Notes: generated by a model from the sequence alone, not told the origin. Numbered from the stretch's first letter, positions 49,503 through 63,272 are shown. The stretch: 64,000 bases of DNA from Marsupella aquatica (GCA_973895155.1 OZ316897.1:10501832-10565831), one strand, 5' to 3'. Translations and numbers: made by a program.

Positions 49503-52500
49503 CTATGAACTCTCCTGCATGACAATGGGACGACATAGCAAATGCATTGATTAATCAACAAAGTACACTAGTACCTAATCCAATGGTTCAATATTCCTGT
49601 AATTCTTTTTAGTGTCTGGGGGACATCCTAATTGTTTCCAGTATTCTGGGAAAGTTTCCTATTATCTTGAACCTTTTTTCCCCTGAGTCTTCGTTGGCGA
49701 AAATTGTCACATATTATGCAAAAGATCCCAACTTTCCAAGTGAAATTTCTGATTCTGTTGTTGGTCAATAAAGGTCTCCTTTTATCCTACATTTCTTGAA
49801 CAGATTTTATCACCTACAGCACATGATAGACATGTCTAGTTTTTCAGTATTCGTCTTTCTATGCCTAAGAAAATGCAAGATCGATTATCGCATGAGAAAT
49901 TTATTTCTAGACCCGATGGAAGAGACCCTTAGTAAATCACATGCCCAGGGCTTCCAACCCCAAATTAAATTCATAATTCTTGAACGTTGCTATCTATCAC
50001 TCAAGCCCAAAGAAGCACTAGACTGGGAGTAGTGAATATATGTACCTGCGGACTTTCTAAGTGGCTTGGCAGCAAAGGCTCATGCACGGAAGTTGATTCA
50101 GCTGATTGAGCTATTCGATCTAGAGCTTTGTCAGCCTGAAACCCAATTCAGAACTGACCTGTAAGCCAAAATTCATCGTTGCACCCTTTTGCAGTCAAGA
50201 GAACGAGATTACATCGTAAAGAACAAGCTAATCCGTCCGAATGAAAGGCACAACTTGGAGGCAAGATTTCCACTAGTTCACTCCAAAAGGGAACACGGGC
50301 AACATCATGAATTCAAGCTGATGATCAAGACACTTACCATTCTTCTCCAATTGGTGCATGAAACTAGAGTGAGTACACAAGATGTTTGCACGAAAACAGC
50401 AAGCACTAGTCCCATCACCACACCCTGCAAGGCAAGAATCGAATCGTTCCAATTCACTTAAATGACCACAAACAAGGGAGTAAATCAGCAATTCTGTCAA
50501 CCATATTACCACATAAGAGCTCACTGTAGGAACCTTTTCATCCTAAGATCTAATTTGTGAGACCATCATACAAGGAGACACTGAGAAGAAGGTAGACGCA
50601 CAGTATTAGTGGGGTGTCTTAGAAATTCCTCATTTTTTAGAATTCATACCTTGCCATTGAGGTGGAGCCAAAAGGCTAAAGACAGACAAGTCGGAATTCC
50701 AATAACATAGTAGGCTGTCAAGTTGATTGCTGCACCAAAAGTTTGTTTTCCACAACCTCTTATCACACCTATGCCAAGTCATTACAGACAGCACCAATGC
50801 ATTTCGTTAGTAATTGTTAAGAAAAACAGACCAATTTTACTGGACGTGAGAGCAAATTATGTAGTGTACACTTAAGGTGTTTCCAGTCCCACTTATAGAC
50901 AAACTAGATATTTTGCATCAGTTGTACCTTCTGTGAAATGACGAGTTCTGAAACCTTCCGTTAGTAAAGTGTCATGAAGACAATTTTAACTCCCAACCAG
51001 CCAACATTTGGGTAAAATCCCCGTTGCAGTTGATTCGTTTTAGTTTATGATCAAATGGACCCTATCACTAGATCTGAGACTGGTGAGCAGAAAAAAGCTT
51101 CATTTCTTGACCACTGATGCCGAGTACACATCGATAAAAACTCCAGTTGAAGGCCGGTGAAGTCATAATCACCTGAGCCCACATATTGAATGGCGTCCAT
51201 GAGACTAAGGCAAGCCAGAAACGGTGTCACTTCAGCCACATAATCTAAAACTTCTTCCGCGTTGGTGAAGGCATGTCCCCAGAAATGGCGAGAAAGCATC
51301 AAGGCCACGAAAACAACGCAACCATCAAGGATTGCAAGACCGAAAACCGCTTTCACCGCTAGCTTCGCTGCTTCGGGCCGATTAGCTCCAAGCTCGTTTG
51401 AAACTCTTATACTGCACACAAAAGTACCACAAAAGAAAGGCTTTTGGTGTTCATTTACTCTCACTCCGAATCATTCACGTGGTACGTGTAAGCACAGAAC
51501 GCGTCATCAACATTTCGCAAAGTCATTCAGATACAGAATGATGGAGAAGCAATCAACTTGCTTCCATAGACTTTTGGCCCATATGTAAGCATAAGCACTC
51601 TTCGCATGGCAGTCTAAGCACATATGCTCCTATTTCTCCCAATTTGTTACTAGCTTCTCTTCTTCCCAAGAGGACACCCAAGCGCCTCTGCTCCTATTGC
51701 TCCCAATTCGTTACTAGCTTTTCTTTCTTCCCAAAAGGACATCTAAGGAAGCATCTCCAGTCAGCCCAGCGTGTCATCCTAAGTTAAATGAGGGATTATT
51801 TTACCAATAAAGGAGGGATCCCCTTAGTGAGGGATCAATTTATGAAAGAAACTTCGAATCATCCATCCCAGTTTCTCACTCTCTGTTCACAAAGAAAGAC
51901 CAGGATGAAATCGTTCAATTTAAGAACAAATTATTAGTTCGGCAAGCTAGGAATCGCCTACCTGGCTGCCACGCAGAGGCCCAAGGGGATCATGTCCAGG
52001 AGATTGACAGTGTTGAAAGAGATCGTAAGTAGCGACACCTCAAGGCTAGGCTTCGGCAGCAGCCCCGACGAGAGCACTAGCAGCTCAAACGACCACCACT
52101 CGAAGCAGATCATCACCACGCCGGGCACCGCCAAGCTCAAATAGATTTTGATCGACCCAACCGCATCTCGGATCGAAAAACCGCCCCAACATTTACCTGC
52201 AAATTCCACGCCAATATAAATATCCAGTGACAATTTATTCCTCTCTCCTCAATTTATTGCGATAATAGAATGAGGGCTGGCCTAATGCAGTACCTTAGTT
52301 GAAGAACACATGTCAAGCACTGAAAATCCAAAGACTAGTCTCAATCATCCTAAGTTTGTACAGTGAACCGTGTCTAAGTCTACCTTCTCCGGAAGAAGGC
52401 TTAGTCTGCACTTATGCACAGAATGCACTGCCACTACTGCAATGTTCTCGATAATGCACTTACAAAGATAACTGTATTCGGCCACAATGCAGTTTCTGAC

Positions 52501-54504
52501 GAGTGCATTGTCCTTTTATCAAACAAGTGTAAAAAAATGCTAGTGACAGTTTGGCAGCCTCGTTCCCCTGCCTTATAGAAATTCTCGTACAACCGCTGTT
52601 CAGATGTTTAAGTGCATTTTTACGTCTATGTGAAAAGAACTTTCTCGTATCCGTTAAGGCCCGTCGTATACAATTTGCACCTGTCCATCCCTGTATGTAC
52701 TTATCCATGGAAATGCACGTGTCCTACCTTGGAAGATATCTCTAACTATCAACGAAAAAGATAGTAAACTCACCACACTTCCCTGAAAAAATCGTATAGC
52801 ACAAAAGGAGAATGACCAGAGAACAATATGAGGTCGTCGTCGCCAGTGCCCCACCAGTGAACCCGAACCCCAGCACGTGAATGTACCCATAGCAGACGAA
52901 CGGATGAAGAATCGCCATGATGAGAGAGGTGATCATCATTGGCATGACGATTGACTGCGTTTGGAGAAATTTGATGAGCGGGATACTGAATGCGGAGGCG
53001 AACAAGCCAGGCGACATGCAGCGGAGGTATAAGCCAGCAAGGCGGGAGATTTGGGGATCTTGTCCCACCGCCAAAAGGATTGTCTCCATGTTGAACCAGA
53101 TGATGAAAATTGGGACGAGGGCGGAGGTTGTCACCAAGATGGAGGACTGGAGGTATACTCCCAGCAGGTGGTACCGCTTTGCCCCGTATGCTTGCCCGCA
53201 TAGCGTCTCCATCCCCGTCGCCAGGCCTGTCTATATCAGACGAGAAATGGAAGCAAGGCACACAGCTCATCTCATCAATACCCATGAAGAAGTTAAAATT
53301 CTAAGATTGTGTACTTTGTATATAAGTGCTTGCTATATATATATAGGACCTGCGTCCGAGTGATGTCATGTATCCTAAGTCTTCTCCAACACGCATATCT
53401 CTTATGGAGGATTGTCGAACAACTACACTGCTCCTCTATAATCCATGATAATCTCTACTCTTTCTCTAAAAGGTTTTCTGCCAAGACCACGGATAGGGCT
53501 CTGCTCTTGCTTTAATAATGAAGTTTTCTCCAAGAATTTGTTTGGGGAATTTGGGATCTCTCTGCTCTAAGTCTAAAAAGTTTCCTGTCAACAGTATGGA
53601 TGGAGGAAGAAGTCTAAGAAGGGGATCTTGTACCCCTGCTTGTACCTCTCACCGGGGCCTTGCTTCGATCTGTGATAAAATCCTCTAAGTATCCAGGATA
53701 AAGGCTCCGAATCCATTATTAATAAGACCCAGACGCCCGACTCTACGAGGCATGAATAATTTAACCTTCAAAAGCCCATCTAAAGGTCGAGAGGGTTATT
53801 AGCTAGTAAGTACGGTCCAAGTATTAACTAAGCCTTCCCTGAAGAAAAATGCATGACTTCCCGGTCACTCCTAGGAACCCGGCTCCAACATTCATTCACG
53901 AAGATAAAGCCCACTGCTATACAATCCAAGGAATGAAAGTCTCACAAAGATGGAGAGACAACTGAACATAAGGAGGGAGAGAGGAACATGATCGAGAAAA
54001 TTTCAAGGTCATCAGCCAGGAGAGAAGCCTGGAAATGGTGAGAGAAGACAGTGTACAACGAACTTCACCACGAGAGAAACTAAAGATGAGGCAGGCAAAA
54101 CAATATAATCTAATATCCATTGGAACAATTCAGGAGCCACAGAGTGTTGGGATGCAATTACATACCATTAAAGAGAAGCCAGAAACTACAGCGACGGAAT
54201 TGGCCAACGAGACGCTGGAAAGCTCGACCTCACCCAAGTGACCCACGAACATGATGGAGATGACGACGATAGAGTACGATAGTACGTTGGCAACTATAAT
54301 CGGCCAGGCCAGACCACATTGCAACTTGACTTCCGCGAGCACTCTGCTACCTCCTTCACCTCCTCGTCGACTTTCACCGGTTTTCCTAACTATGCCTCCT
54401 GAACCGTTCCGATCTTCATTTGCTCTCGAATTCTCCTCCTCCCTCTCCCTGACCACTCCACGGAATTCGGGCGATCCATTCTGTGCTCCGTGTTCCGCAG
54501 CCAT
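49503..54504 (-). CDS. MATE/DTX efflux transporter, copy 1, 525 aa
   Basis: Exons 54504-54166, 53230-52774, 52196-51962, 51411-51173, 50768-50650, 50424-50338, 50135-50046, 49514-49503 (1578 nt). Motifs FVGHLGEVELS, ETLCGQAYGAK, KFLQTQ, CFEWWSFE, SIRVSNELGANRP, GVIRGCG, NLTAYYVIGIP. Confidence 0.93.
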
Positions 54505-55480
54505 ATCTTTCCAGCCACTCTAGACCCTGGACCTGGAATGTTTCCACCTACGCTAATCCCAGCTGCAAGCTGACGATCGAACCTTTCCGCCAAAACAGTT
54601 CGAGCTCCTCTGCGAATCTGTTCAATGCATTCATTAGATTTTCATCACCAATGATTTCAAAATTTGTTGCTCGGGTAGACACCATCAAAAGAGCGTTCAA
54701 TCTGATAACAATCTGATGAGATTGAAACATTAATAAAATTTCCTGAACAGTTGCACCTTCAAAAGCCTCAATGTAACGACGAGTATTAGCTAGTATGCTA
54801 GTAAGCTAGCCACCATTGGACAGCAAGTGGCACTGTATAACATTCTTCACCAATTTGCACAAAAACGTGCACCTAATTCAGCGAATCTCGCCTCCTCATC
54901 CGTGTCGAGAGAAGAGTCTTCACCCTCTTAGTATGCTCTATGTAGAGCGAACAGAAACTAGGAATGCGGAAAATTTCGAATGATCTCCATTAAACCCCGT
55001 CTTCCCATCATCACGGACAGATTGAATAGCCACAAGCACGAACAGAAACCGCAGGGCTACATAATTATTCCACTCCATCCCATCAGCTGCATGAAGGGTT
55101 GGACTTAGCTGGTTAAGACCACAAAAAATTTTCAGAGAATTTGCGGACAACTAAGCATTGAAGGTGCATGTGCGATTTGTTACTTCTGACACATGATTAC
55201 TGAGATTCCAATGGTCGAGCATCGAACTCACTTTTGGGACTGTCTAGCTGTTGGTGTCATCAAGCTTTCAGCACCGTCGTTGAAAGGAGGATTTGTTGAT
55301 ATATTCGAACTGCGAAGGCCATCAAGATTTTTCCTTTGCTCTGCGAGGACCTATGTTCACGAAAGAATTCAGGTGGCACGACTCTACAGTCCTCTGTCAT
55401 CTATTATTACTTAAGGAAACCACTATGTGGTCTGTCATCTCTTGGTGAAGAAAACCAGTGTGTGGTACAACTATTCACGA

Positions 55481-55806
55481 CATGTTTGCTTTGGTTTCAC
55501 CAATGAATCAGTCACTATAATAAGCTCCATGTTTACTCTGGTTTCACCAATTAATTAGTCACTATAATAAGCCACATGTTTACTTTGGTTTCACCACTCA
55601 ATCAGTCACTATAATAAGCTCCATGTTTACTCTGGTTTCAACAATCAATCAGTCACTATAATAAGCCACATGTTTACTTTGGTTTCACCAATCAATCAGT
55701 CTCTATAATAAGCCACATGTTTACGTTGGTTTCACCACTCAATCAGTCACTATAATAAGCCACATGTTTACTTTGGTTTCACCAATAATCAATCAGTCAC
55801 TATAAT
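55481..55806. repeat. 47-bp minisatellite, 7 copies
   Basis: Consensus CATGTTTACTTTGGTTTCACCAATCAATCAGTCACTATAATAAGCCA, head-to-tail with no spacers. Confidence 0.95.
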
Positions 55807-56429
55807 CTCCCCATCTCTGTTTACAAACTTGAAAAGGGAGGGATACACCATGAGTAGATTTTGGCAGGATCCTTTATTTAAATAGTGATTGATAAAACAA
55901 ATCATCCCAACTGTAAAAGAAAATGTTTAAATATCTTTCTTAGTATCAGAATCTTTATGAGCTGGATACAATACAAGACAAACTTCTTTACCTTTTTTGG
56001 CTTCTTTAATTATCGTAAGCAAAATTGTCTTGCTGATTATCTAGATATGATAATACTCAAAGCTGTCTAACACCATTTTGGGTATGTTGCTCAAACTTGA
56101 AGTAACCTTGCCTATAGTAGATCTTTCTCTTGGTTTGTCCACTGTATTTTATATTTAGACTAGTGTGCTTGTGAGTAAAGATGGACATGGGACTTTGGGT
56201 GAGCCCCTCATGTGCATGTGCATGGATATCAGGGCTAAACATAATCTGAGGTGGAATCTCAACTCGATCTAACATACTACATCTGCTGGGAGTGGTGCAA
56301 ATTTAGTGTCTCTAAGAGATATTTGTAAACACGATTTATTTTTCCTGTCTTATCGAAACAATTTGGATTGTATTTGAAACCTAAAATGCAACTTGTATAC
56401 CTGCTACAAATAAGTTAGAGTCTACGTGC

Positions 56430-56604
56430 CCAGAGAGGCATGATTTTGTGGTAGCTCACTTGAATGAGTAGAGACTGATAGGTCTTGGGTTTAACTATTG
56501 TGGGCTGACTTTTCCCAACTATTGTGGCTGACTCTTCCCTTTCTGTGGGGTTTCACAGATTTCCCTTTAAAAAACTAAATAAAAAAATTATTTTTAAAAA
56601 AAAA
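56430..56604 (+). mobile_element. short retroposon (SINE-like, family B) with A-rich tail and 18-bp TSD
   Basis: AAGTTAGAGTCTACGTGC at 56412-56429 and 56605-56622; A-rich 3' tail; only degenerate pol III box-like sequence. Confidence 0.8.
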
Positions 56605-57031
56605 AAGTTAGAGTCTACGTGCACCCTTTAACCAGACAGACAGACAACTAAAAAGCTAGAAGACATTATCCGAGGATGAGGATTGGGGAATAGTTCAAGG
56701 AGGAAAAGTTCACTTTGGGGAAAAGTTCACTCTAAAACCATCTCAAGTGAACCTTTCCTCCTTTAATTTTTTCAATGGCCCAGATTGAATCCCCAGAAAC
56801 TTATGGGGTTGAGGTTTGAGGCTGTGTAAAGAGGTATTTCTTTAGGTGGCAAAAGTTGACTAGTTCTGCCTAGTCTACTCAAATTCTGCAATCCAGAAAC
56901 TCTCAATTTGAGAGATACCATGCTTGCATTGTGACATGGGATCATGCTGGAAACGCGGAATTGCTTCAAACCTGTATACAGTCGTCCATTCATAGAATAA
57001 ATGGTTACAATTTGTTCACATGAATTCTAGC

Positions 57032-60000
57032 CTATGAGCTCTCCTGCATGACAAGAGGACCACATAGCAAAAGCACTTATTAGTTAACAAAATCAGAATT
57101 TCAAGGAATTAAAAAATCAGAAGTACATTAGGAAAATCCATCTAATCAAACGGTTCAGTATTCCTGCAATTCTTTTAGTGTTTAGGGAAATCCCAGTGTT
57201 TAGGGGAAATCCCAATTGTTTTCAGTATTATGGGGAAAGTCTTCTAACATTTTCAATCTTTATTCTCGTCAATCTTTTTGTTGCCTTGAAAGTATTCTGG
57301 TGAGTCTTTGTTGGGAAAAAATGTCACAAATTATAAAACAGATCCCAACTTCCCGAGTGAAATTTCTGACTCTATTGTTGGTCAATAAATTCTCCTCTTA
57401 CCTACCTCTCTTGGACACATTCTATCACCTAGAGCACATGATAGACGGTCAAAATTTTCAGCGTTATGTCTTTCCATGCCTAAGACAATCATGCAAAATA
57501 GTTTATCTCATGAAAATTGGTTTTTCTACACACAACGAAATTTTTGTCTACATGTGATGAAAGAGCCTAGTAAATCACATGCGAAGGGCTTCCAGCCCCA
57601 AATGAAATCATCATTCTTGAACGTTGCGTTCCAATCCGTCACTCAAGCCCATAAGATGCACTGGACTAGGAGTAGTAAATCTATGTACCTGCGGCCTTTC
57701 TGAGTGGCTTGGCAGCAAAGGCTCATGCACGGAAGTTGTTTCAGCTGATTGAGCTATAATTCGATCTAGAGCTTTGTCAGCCTGAACCCAATTCAGAACT
57801 GAACTGTTAGCAAAAGCTCATCTTTGACCCCTTTTTTTGTCAAGAGAAGGAGATTGCGAAGTAAAGAACAAGCCAATACTTCCGAATGTGAGAGAACGAT
57901 TTGAAGGCAATTTTCCACTAGTTCATGCCTAGTGGGAACGAGGGGCCAATATCATGAAATCAAGCAGATGATCAAGACACTAACCATTCTTGTCCAATTG
58001 GTACATGAAATTAGAGTGAGTACACACGAAGTTTGCACGAAAATAGCAAGGACTAGTCCCATCACCAAACCCTGCAAGGCAAAGAATCGAGTTGTTCCAA
58101 TTCACTTAAATAACCATAAACAACAGAGTAAGTCAGCGACTCCGTCAACCTAAATGATCAGATAAGAGCTCATTCTAGGAACCTTTTCATCGTACGATCT
58201 ACACTAGTTTGTGAGTACATCATAAAAGGGAGACACTGAGATGAACGGCAGACTCACAGCAACGGTCTAGTTTCTCATCACTTCGACACTGCTTTACATT
58301 CATACCTTGCCATTGAGCTGGAGCCAGAAGGCTAAAGACAGACAAGTCGGAATTCCAAGAACATAGTAGGCTGTCAAGTTGATTGCTGCACCAAGAGCTT
58401 GATTTCCACAACCTCTTATCACACCTATGCCAAAATCATTACCAATACGTTTCGTCAACAATAGTTAAAAAAAGCAGACCAATTTAGTGGGCGTGAGAGC
58501 AAATCATGTATCGAAAAATGAAGGTGTTTCCAATCCTAATTACAGACAAACCAGATATCATGCTTCAGTCGTACCACTATGAAATGATGACTTCTGACAA
58601 TGACATTCCTTTAGGAAAGTGCCTTGAAGAGAATTTTAACTCCCAACCAGCCAACGTTTTGGTAACATCCTCAGTCTCATCAGTTGATTCGTTTTACTTT
58701 ATGATCAAATGGACCCTATCACTAGATCTGAGACTTGTGAGCAGAAAAAACGCTTCATTTTCTTGACCACAGATGCCGAGTACACATACATAAAAAATCC
58801 AGTTGAAGCGCTGTGAAATCGTAATTACCTGAGCCCACATATTGAATGGCGTCCATGAGAGTAAGGCAAGCCAGAAATGGTGTCACTTCAGCCACATAAT
58901 CTAAAACTTCTTCCACATTGGTGAAGGCATTTCCCCAGAAGTGACGAGAAAGCATCAAGGCCACGAAAACAACACAACCATCAAGGATTGCAAGACCGAA
59001 AACCACTTTCACCGCTAGCTTTGCTGCTTCGGGCCGATTAGCTCCAAGCTCGTTTGAGACTCTAATACTGCACACAAATGAAAGGGATCTGGTGTTCATT
59101 AACTCTCACTGAGCAGCAGCATTCAATTGCTACACATAAGTCAAGAATGCATCATCAACATTTCTCAAATACAGATCGAGAAGCAATCAACTTGCGTTCC
59201 ATAGACTTTTTGCCCATATGTGAGCTTAAAGCACTCTTCGCATGGCACTCTAAGCACATATGTTCCCATTTCTCCCAATTCGTTACTAGCTTCTCTCCAT
59301 CCCAAGAGCACATCCAAGCAAATATCTGCTCAAATTTCTCCCACTTTGTTACTAGCTTTCCTTTCGTCTCAAGAGGACATCCAAACAAACATTTCCAGTC
59401 AGCCCAGCTTGTCATCCTAAATACATGAGGGATGATTCTTCCAATGAAGGAGGGATCTCCTGAGCAAGGCATCGATTCATGAAAGAAACTTTGAAATAAT
59501 CCTTCCCAGTTTCTCACTCTCTGCTCACAACGAAAGACGACGAAAATATTGCTCAATTTAGGTACAAGTAGTTCGGCAGCGGGAAGAAATCACCTACCTA
59601 GCTGCCACGCAGAGGCCCAAGGGGATCATGTCCGTGAGATTGACAGTGTTCAAAGAGATCGTGAGTAGCGACAGCTCAAGGCTAGGCTTCGGAAGCAGCC
59701 CCGATGCGAGCACTATCAGCTCAAACGACCACCACTCGAAGCAGATCATCACCACGCTGGGCACCGCCAAGCTCAAATAGATTTTGACCGATCCAACTGC
59801 ATCCCGAATTGAGATACCGCCCCAACATTGGCCTGCGAGTCCACTCCAATACAAATATCCAGTGACAATTCATTCCTCCGTCCTCAATTTATTGCGATCA
59901 TGGAATGAGGGCCCAATGCAGTACCTTAGTTGAAGAACAGATGTCATGCAAGGACACTTAAAACTCTAAAGTCGAGTCTCAATCATCCTAAGTTTGTACA

Positions 60001-62835
60001 GTGAACCGTGTTTAAGTGCTTTTTCTCCGGAAGAAGGCTTGATCTGCACTTATGCACGGAATGCACTTACAAAAATAACCTTATTCTGCCAGTACACACT
60101 TTCTGGTAAGTGCATTGTGCACTTCGAAATTGCTAGTGACAGCTTTGGCAGCCTCGTACCCCTGCCTCATCGATTGCCTCATACAAACCCTCTGTTGAGA
60201 TGTTAAAGTGCGATTTTTTTCGTCTGTGTGAAAAGAACTTTCTCGTATCCGTCGAGGCTTTGTATACAATTTGCACTCGTCCATGGAAATGCACTGTCCT
60301 ACCTTTCGAAGATATGTCTAATTTCAACGAAGTAGGATAGAAAACTCACCACACTTCCCTGAGAAAGTAGTATAGCACAAAAGGAGAATGATCAGAAACC
60401 AAAATGAGGTCGTCGTCGCCATTGCCCCACCAGTGAACCCGAACCCCAGCACGTGAATGTACCCATAGCAGACGAACGGATGGAGAATCACCACGATGAG
60501 AGAGTTGATCATCATCGGCATGACGATCGACTGCGTTTGGAGAAATTTGATGAGCGGCTGACTGACTGCTGAGGAGAACAAGCCAGGCGACAAGCAGCGG
60601 AGGTATGAGGCAGCCAGGCGGGATATTTGGTGGTTTTGTCCCATCGCCAAAAGGATTTTCTCCATGTTGAACCAGATGATGAAAATTGGGACGAGGGCGG
60701 AGGTTGTCACCAAGATGGAGGACTGAAGGTACACTCCCAGCAGGTGGTACCGCTTCGCCCCGTATGCTTGCCCGCATAGTGTCTCCAGCGCCGTCGCCAG
60801 GCCCATCTATATCAGACGAGAAATGGCAGCAAGGCACACAGCTCATCTCATCAAAACCCATAAAGAATTGAAATCCTTAGATAGTGTCCTTCGGAGATAA
60901 ATGCTTGCCACATCTGTAGGACCTGCATTCGAGTGATGTCATGTATCCTTCTTCTGTTGTTGAGGGATGTCGACAACTACACTTCTCCTCTATAATTCCT
61001 GATAGTCTCTGCTCTTGGTCTAAAATGGTTTTCTGCCAAGACCATGCGATATAGAGAAACTCTGCTCTTGCTCTAAAATGATTTGATCCAAGAATTTTGG
61101 AATGGGGAATTGGGGAATCTCTGCTCCAAGTCTAAATAAGTTTTCTGCCAAAAGACAAGATGGAAGGACACAAGATATTATGTATGGTTGCGGATGGAAT
61201 GTTAAAGTTTGGAATCTAATCGAGAAATCGTTTGTAGATATAATCAATAAACGATCTTCGTTTCCATAGATAGCAAGCAAAAGCTAGGTTGGGAACACTT
61301 TTCGACTTGAAATTGCTGAGCTTAAAATTTGGCACCATAACCATACTAATGTAGACGGGAAATTCACTGAACCGTCATGGCTAATCTTCATACTCGGCAG
61401 TTACTACCGCATCTCTTTGGAAGAGTGTATCGCTCAGCTCAGATGCCACTGCAAACCGACTTTTAAAATATTGTAAAATCTCTCCGCCAGCACCAAATTG
61501 AAAGCCGAGTCTCAAAATCTAGACAAGCGTTCCTAGAATAAAATCCTCCAGTACAATTTCGACGCATCTATTATCGTGAAAAGTGCCTAAAGTGCTCGGG
61601 TTCAAGCTCAAAGTACCCTAACGAAGAGACGGCGAGAGTATCCGCCCGGAATGGTTTTGCATATATACTGGACGTCCTGTAAGTTTAAACCCAGGCCAAG
61701 AAAGTAAGAAATACTGAATCCTTAGAATTGCACGACGGCTTTGAAGCGCCGGTACCAGTAGCTATCAAAATAATTCGAGGTTTTGCGGAATTCTGCAGTT
61801 AATCAATGGCTCCTCTGCAAATCAGTTCCTGTCAAGTTCAAACTCCACACATCTGTTTTCGCCGAAGTCTATCGAGGTTCAACTGCATCAGAAATCCTTT
61901 CGCATCTACTTCAGAAGGCTGTGTAGCAGCTCAAAGGGCTACCGAAAAAGTGCCACTGCCTGTTTTTAAAATGATCGACTAAATTCTTTTCGATAGCGTT
62001 TAGTGCTTCCTGAAAAGGAAAGGATAATCCTTCCCGTACAGGATGAAGGCTCCAAATCGATTACGAGATCCAGACGCCGGACTGTACGAGGGATGAGTAA
62101 TTTCACCTTCAAAAGCCCATCTCAGAGTAGAGTCGATTAGTAGCTAGTAAGTACGGACCAAGTATTAACCAAGCCTTTCCCTGAAGGAAAACGCATGAGT
62201 ACCCCGTCACTTCTACAAACCCGGCTCCAAGATTCATCCACGCAAGACATACACCATTGCTGTACAATCCGAGGAATGAAAGTCTCACAGAGATGGAGAG
62301 GCAACTGAAAATGAAGCGGGAGAGAGGGAAATGATCGAGAAAACAGAAAGGTCATCAGGAGAGACCCCCGGACATGACTGAGAAATGTACAAAGAACTTC
62401 ATCGCGAGAGTAAATAAAGATGAAGTAGGCAACGCAATATATTCGAATATCCATTGGAACAATTCAGGAGCCACAGAGCGTTGGGATGCAATTACATACC
62501 ATTACAGAGAAGCCAGAAACTACAGCGAAGGAATTGGCCAACGAGACGCTGGAAAGCTCGACCTCACCCAAGTGACCCACGAACATGATGGAGATGACGA
62601 CGAGAGAGTACGATAGAACGTTGGCAACTATAATCGGCCAGGCCAGACCACATTGCAACTTGACTTCCGCGAGCACTCTGCTACCTCCTTCACCTCCTCG
62701 TCGACTTTCACCGGTTTTCCCAACTATGCCTCCAGAACCGTTCCGACCTTCAATTGCTCTCGAATTGCCCTCCCTCTCCTGGACCGCTCCATTGAATTTG
62801 GGCGATCCATTCTGTGCTCCCTGTCCCGCAGCCAT
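57032..62835 (-). CDS. MATE/DTX efflux transporter, copy 2, 525 aa
   Basis: Exons 62835-62500, 60806-60350, 59832-59598, 59067-58829, 58424-58306, 58071-57985, 57781-57689, 57043-57032 (1578 nt). Same motifs and exon structure as copy 1; introns and flanks are also duplicated. Confidence 0.93.
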
Positions 62836-63192
62836 GTTTTTCCAGCAACTCGAGACTGCGGACCTGGAATGTTTCCACCGACGCTAACCCCAGCTGCAAG
62901 CTGACTAACAAACTGTCCAACCTTTCGCCAACTGTTCGAGCTCTTCTGCGAATCTGTTCAAACTGTTCATTAGATTTCACCACCAACGTCTCAAAATTTG
63001 TTGCTCTGCTAGATACACCTGATAACAATCTGATTATGAGTACACGTGCGTTCAATCTGATAACAATCTGACTAGACGGAGACCAAAATATTAACGAAAT
63101 TTCATGAACAGTTGCACCTTCAAAAGCCCGTCTCAAGATAAAGATGAGTATTAGCTACAGTCGCATGCTAATAACAGTAAGCTATTGAGCTG

Positions 63193-63213
63193 GCCACGTC
63201 AGACAGCACGTGG
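63193..63213. promoter_or_regulatory. paired ABRE/G-box-like ACGT elements upstream of MATE copy 2
   Basis: GCCACGTC (GACGTGGC on the gene strand) and CACGTGG 6 bp apart, ~360 bp upstream of the ATG; a further CACGTG at 63043-63048. Confidence 0.45.
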
Positions 63214-63272
63214 TATTGTATAAAATTCGTGACCAATTTGCACAAAAACCTGCACACAATTCAACGAATACC

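Noticed and set aside
55481-55806. Regular short repeats resembling a CRISPR array
   Set aside because: Units are head-to-tail with no unique spacers, the context is eukaryotic and there are no cas genes.
59155-59556. 133-aa ORF inside MATE copy 2 intron 3
   Set aside because: Its repetitive look comes from the DNA doublet, and the ORF track shows no equivalent ORF in the paralogous intron of copy 1.
3148-62835. SDRs, PAP, export protein and MATEs as a biosynthetic gene cluster
   Set aside because: No scaffold-forming enzyme (TPS, PKS, OSC) or P450, the SDRs are broken, and local tandem duplication explains the grouping.
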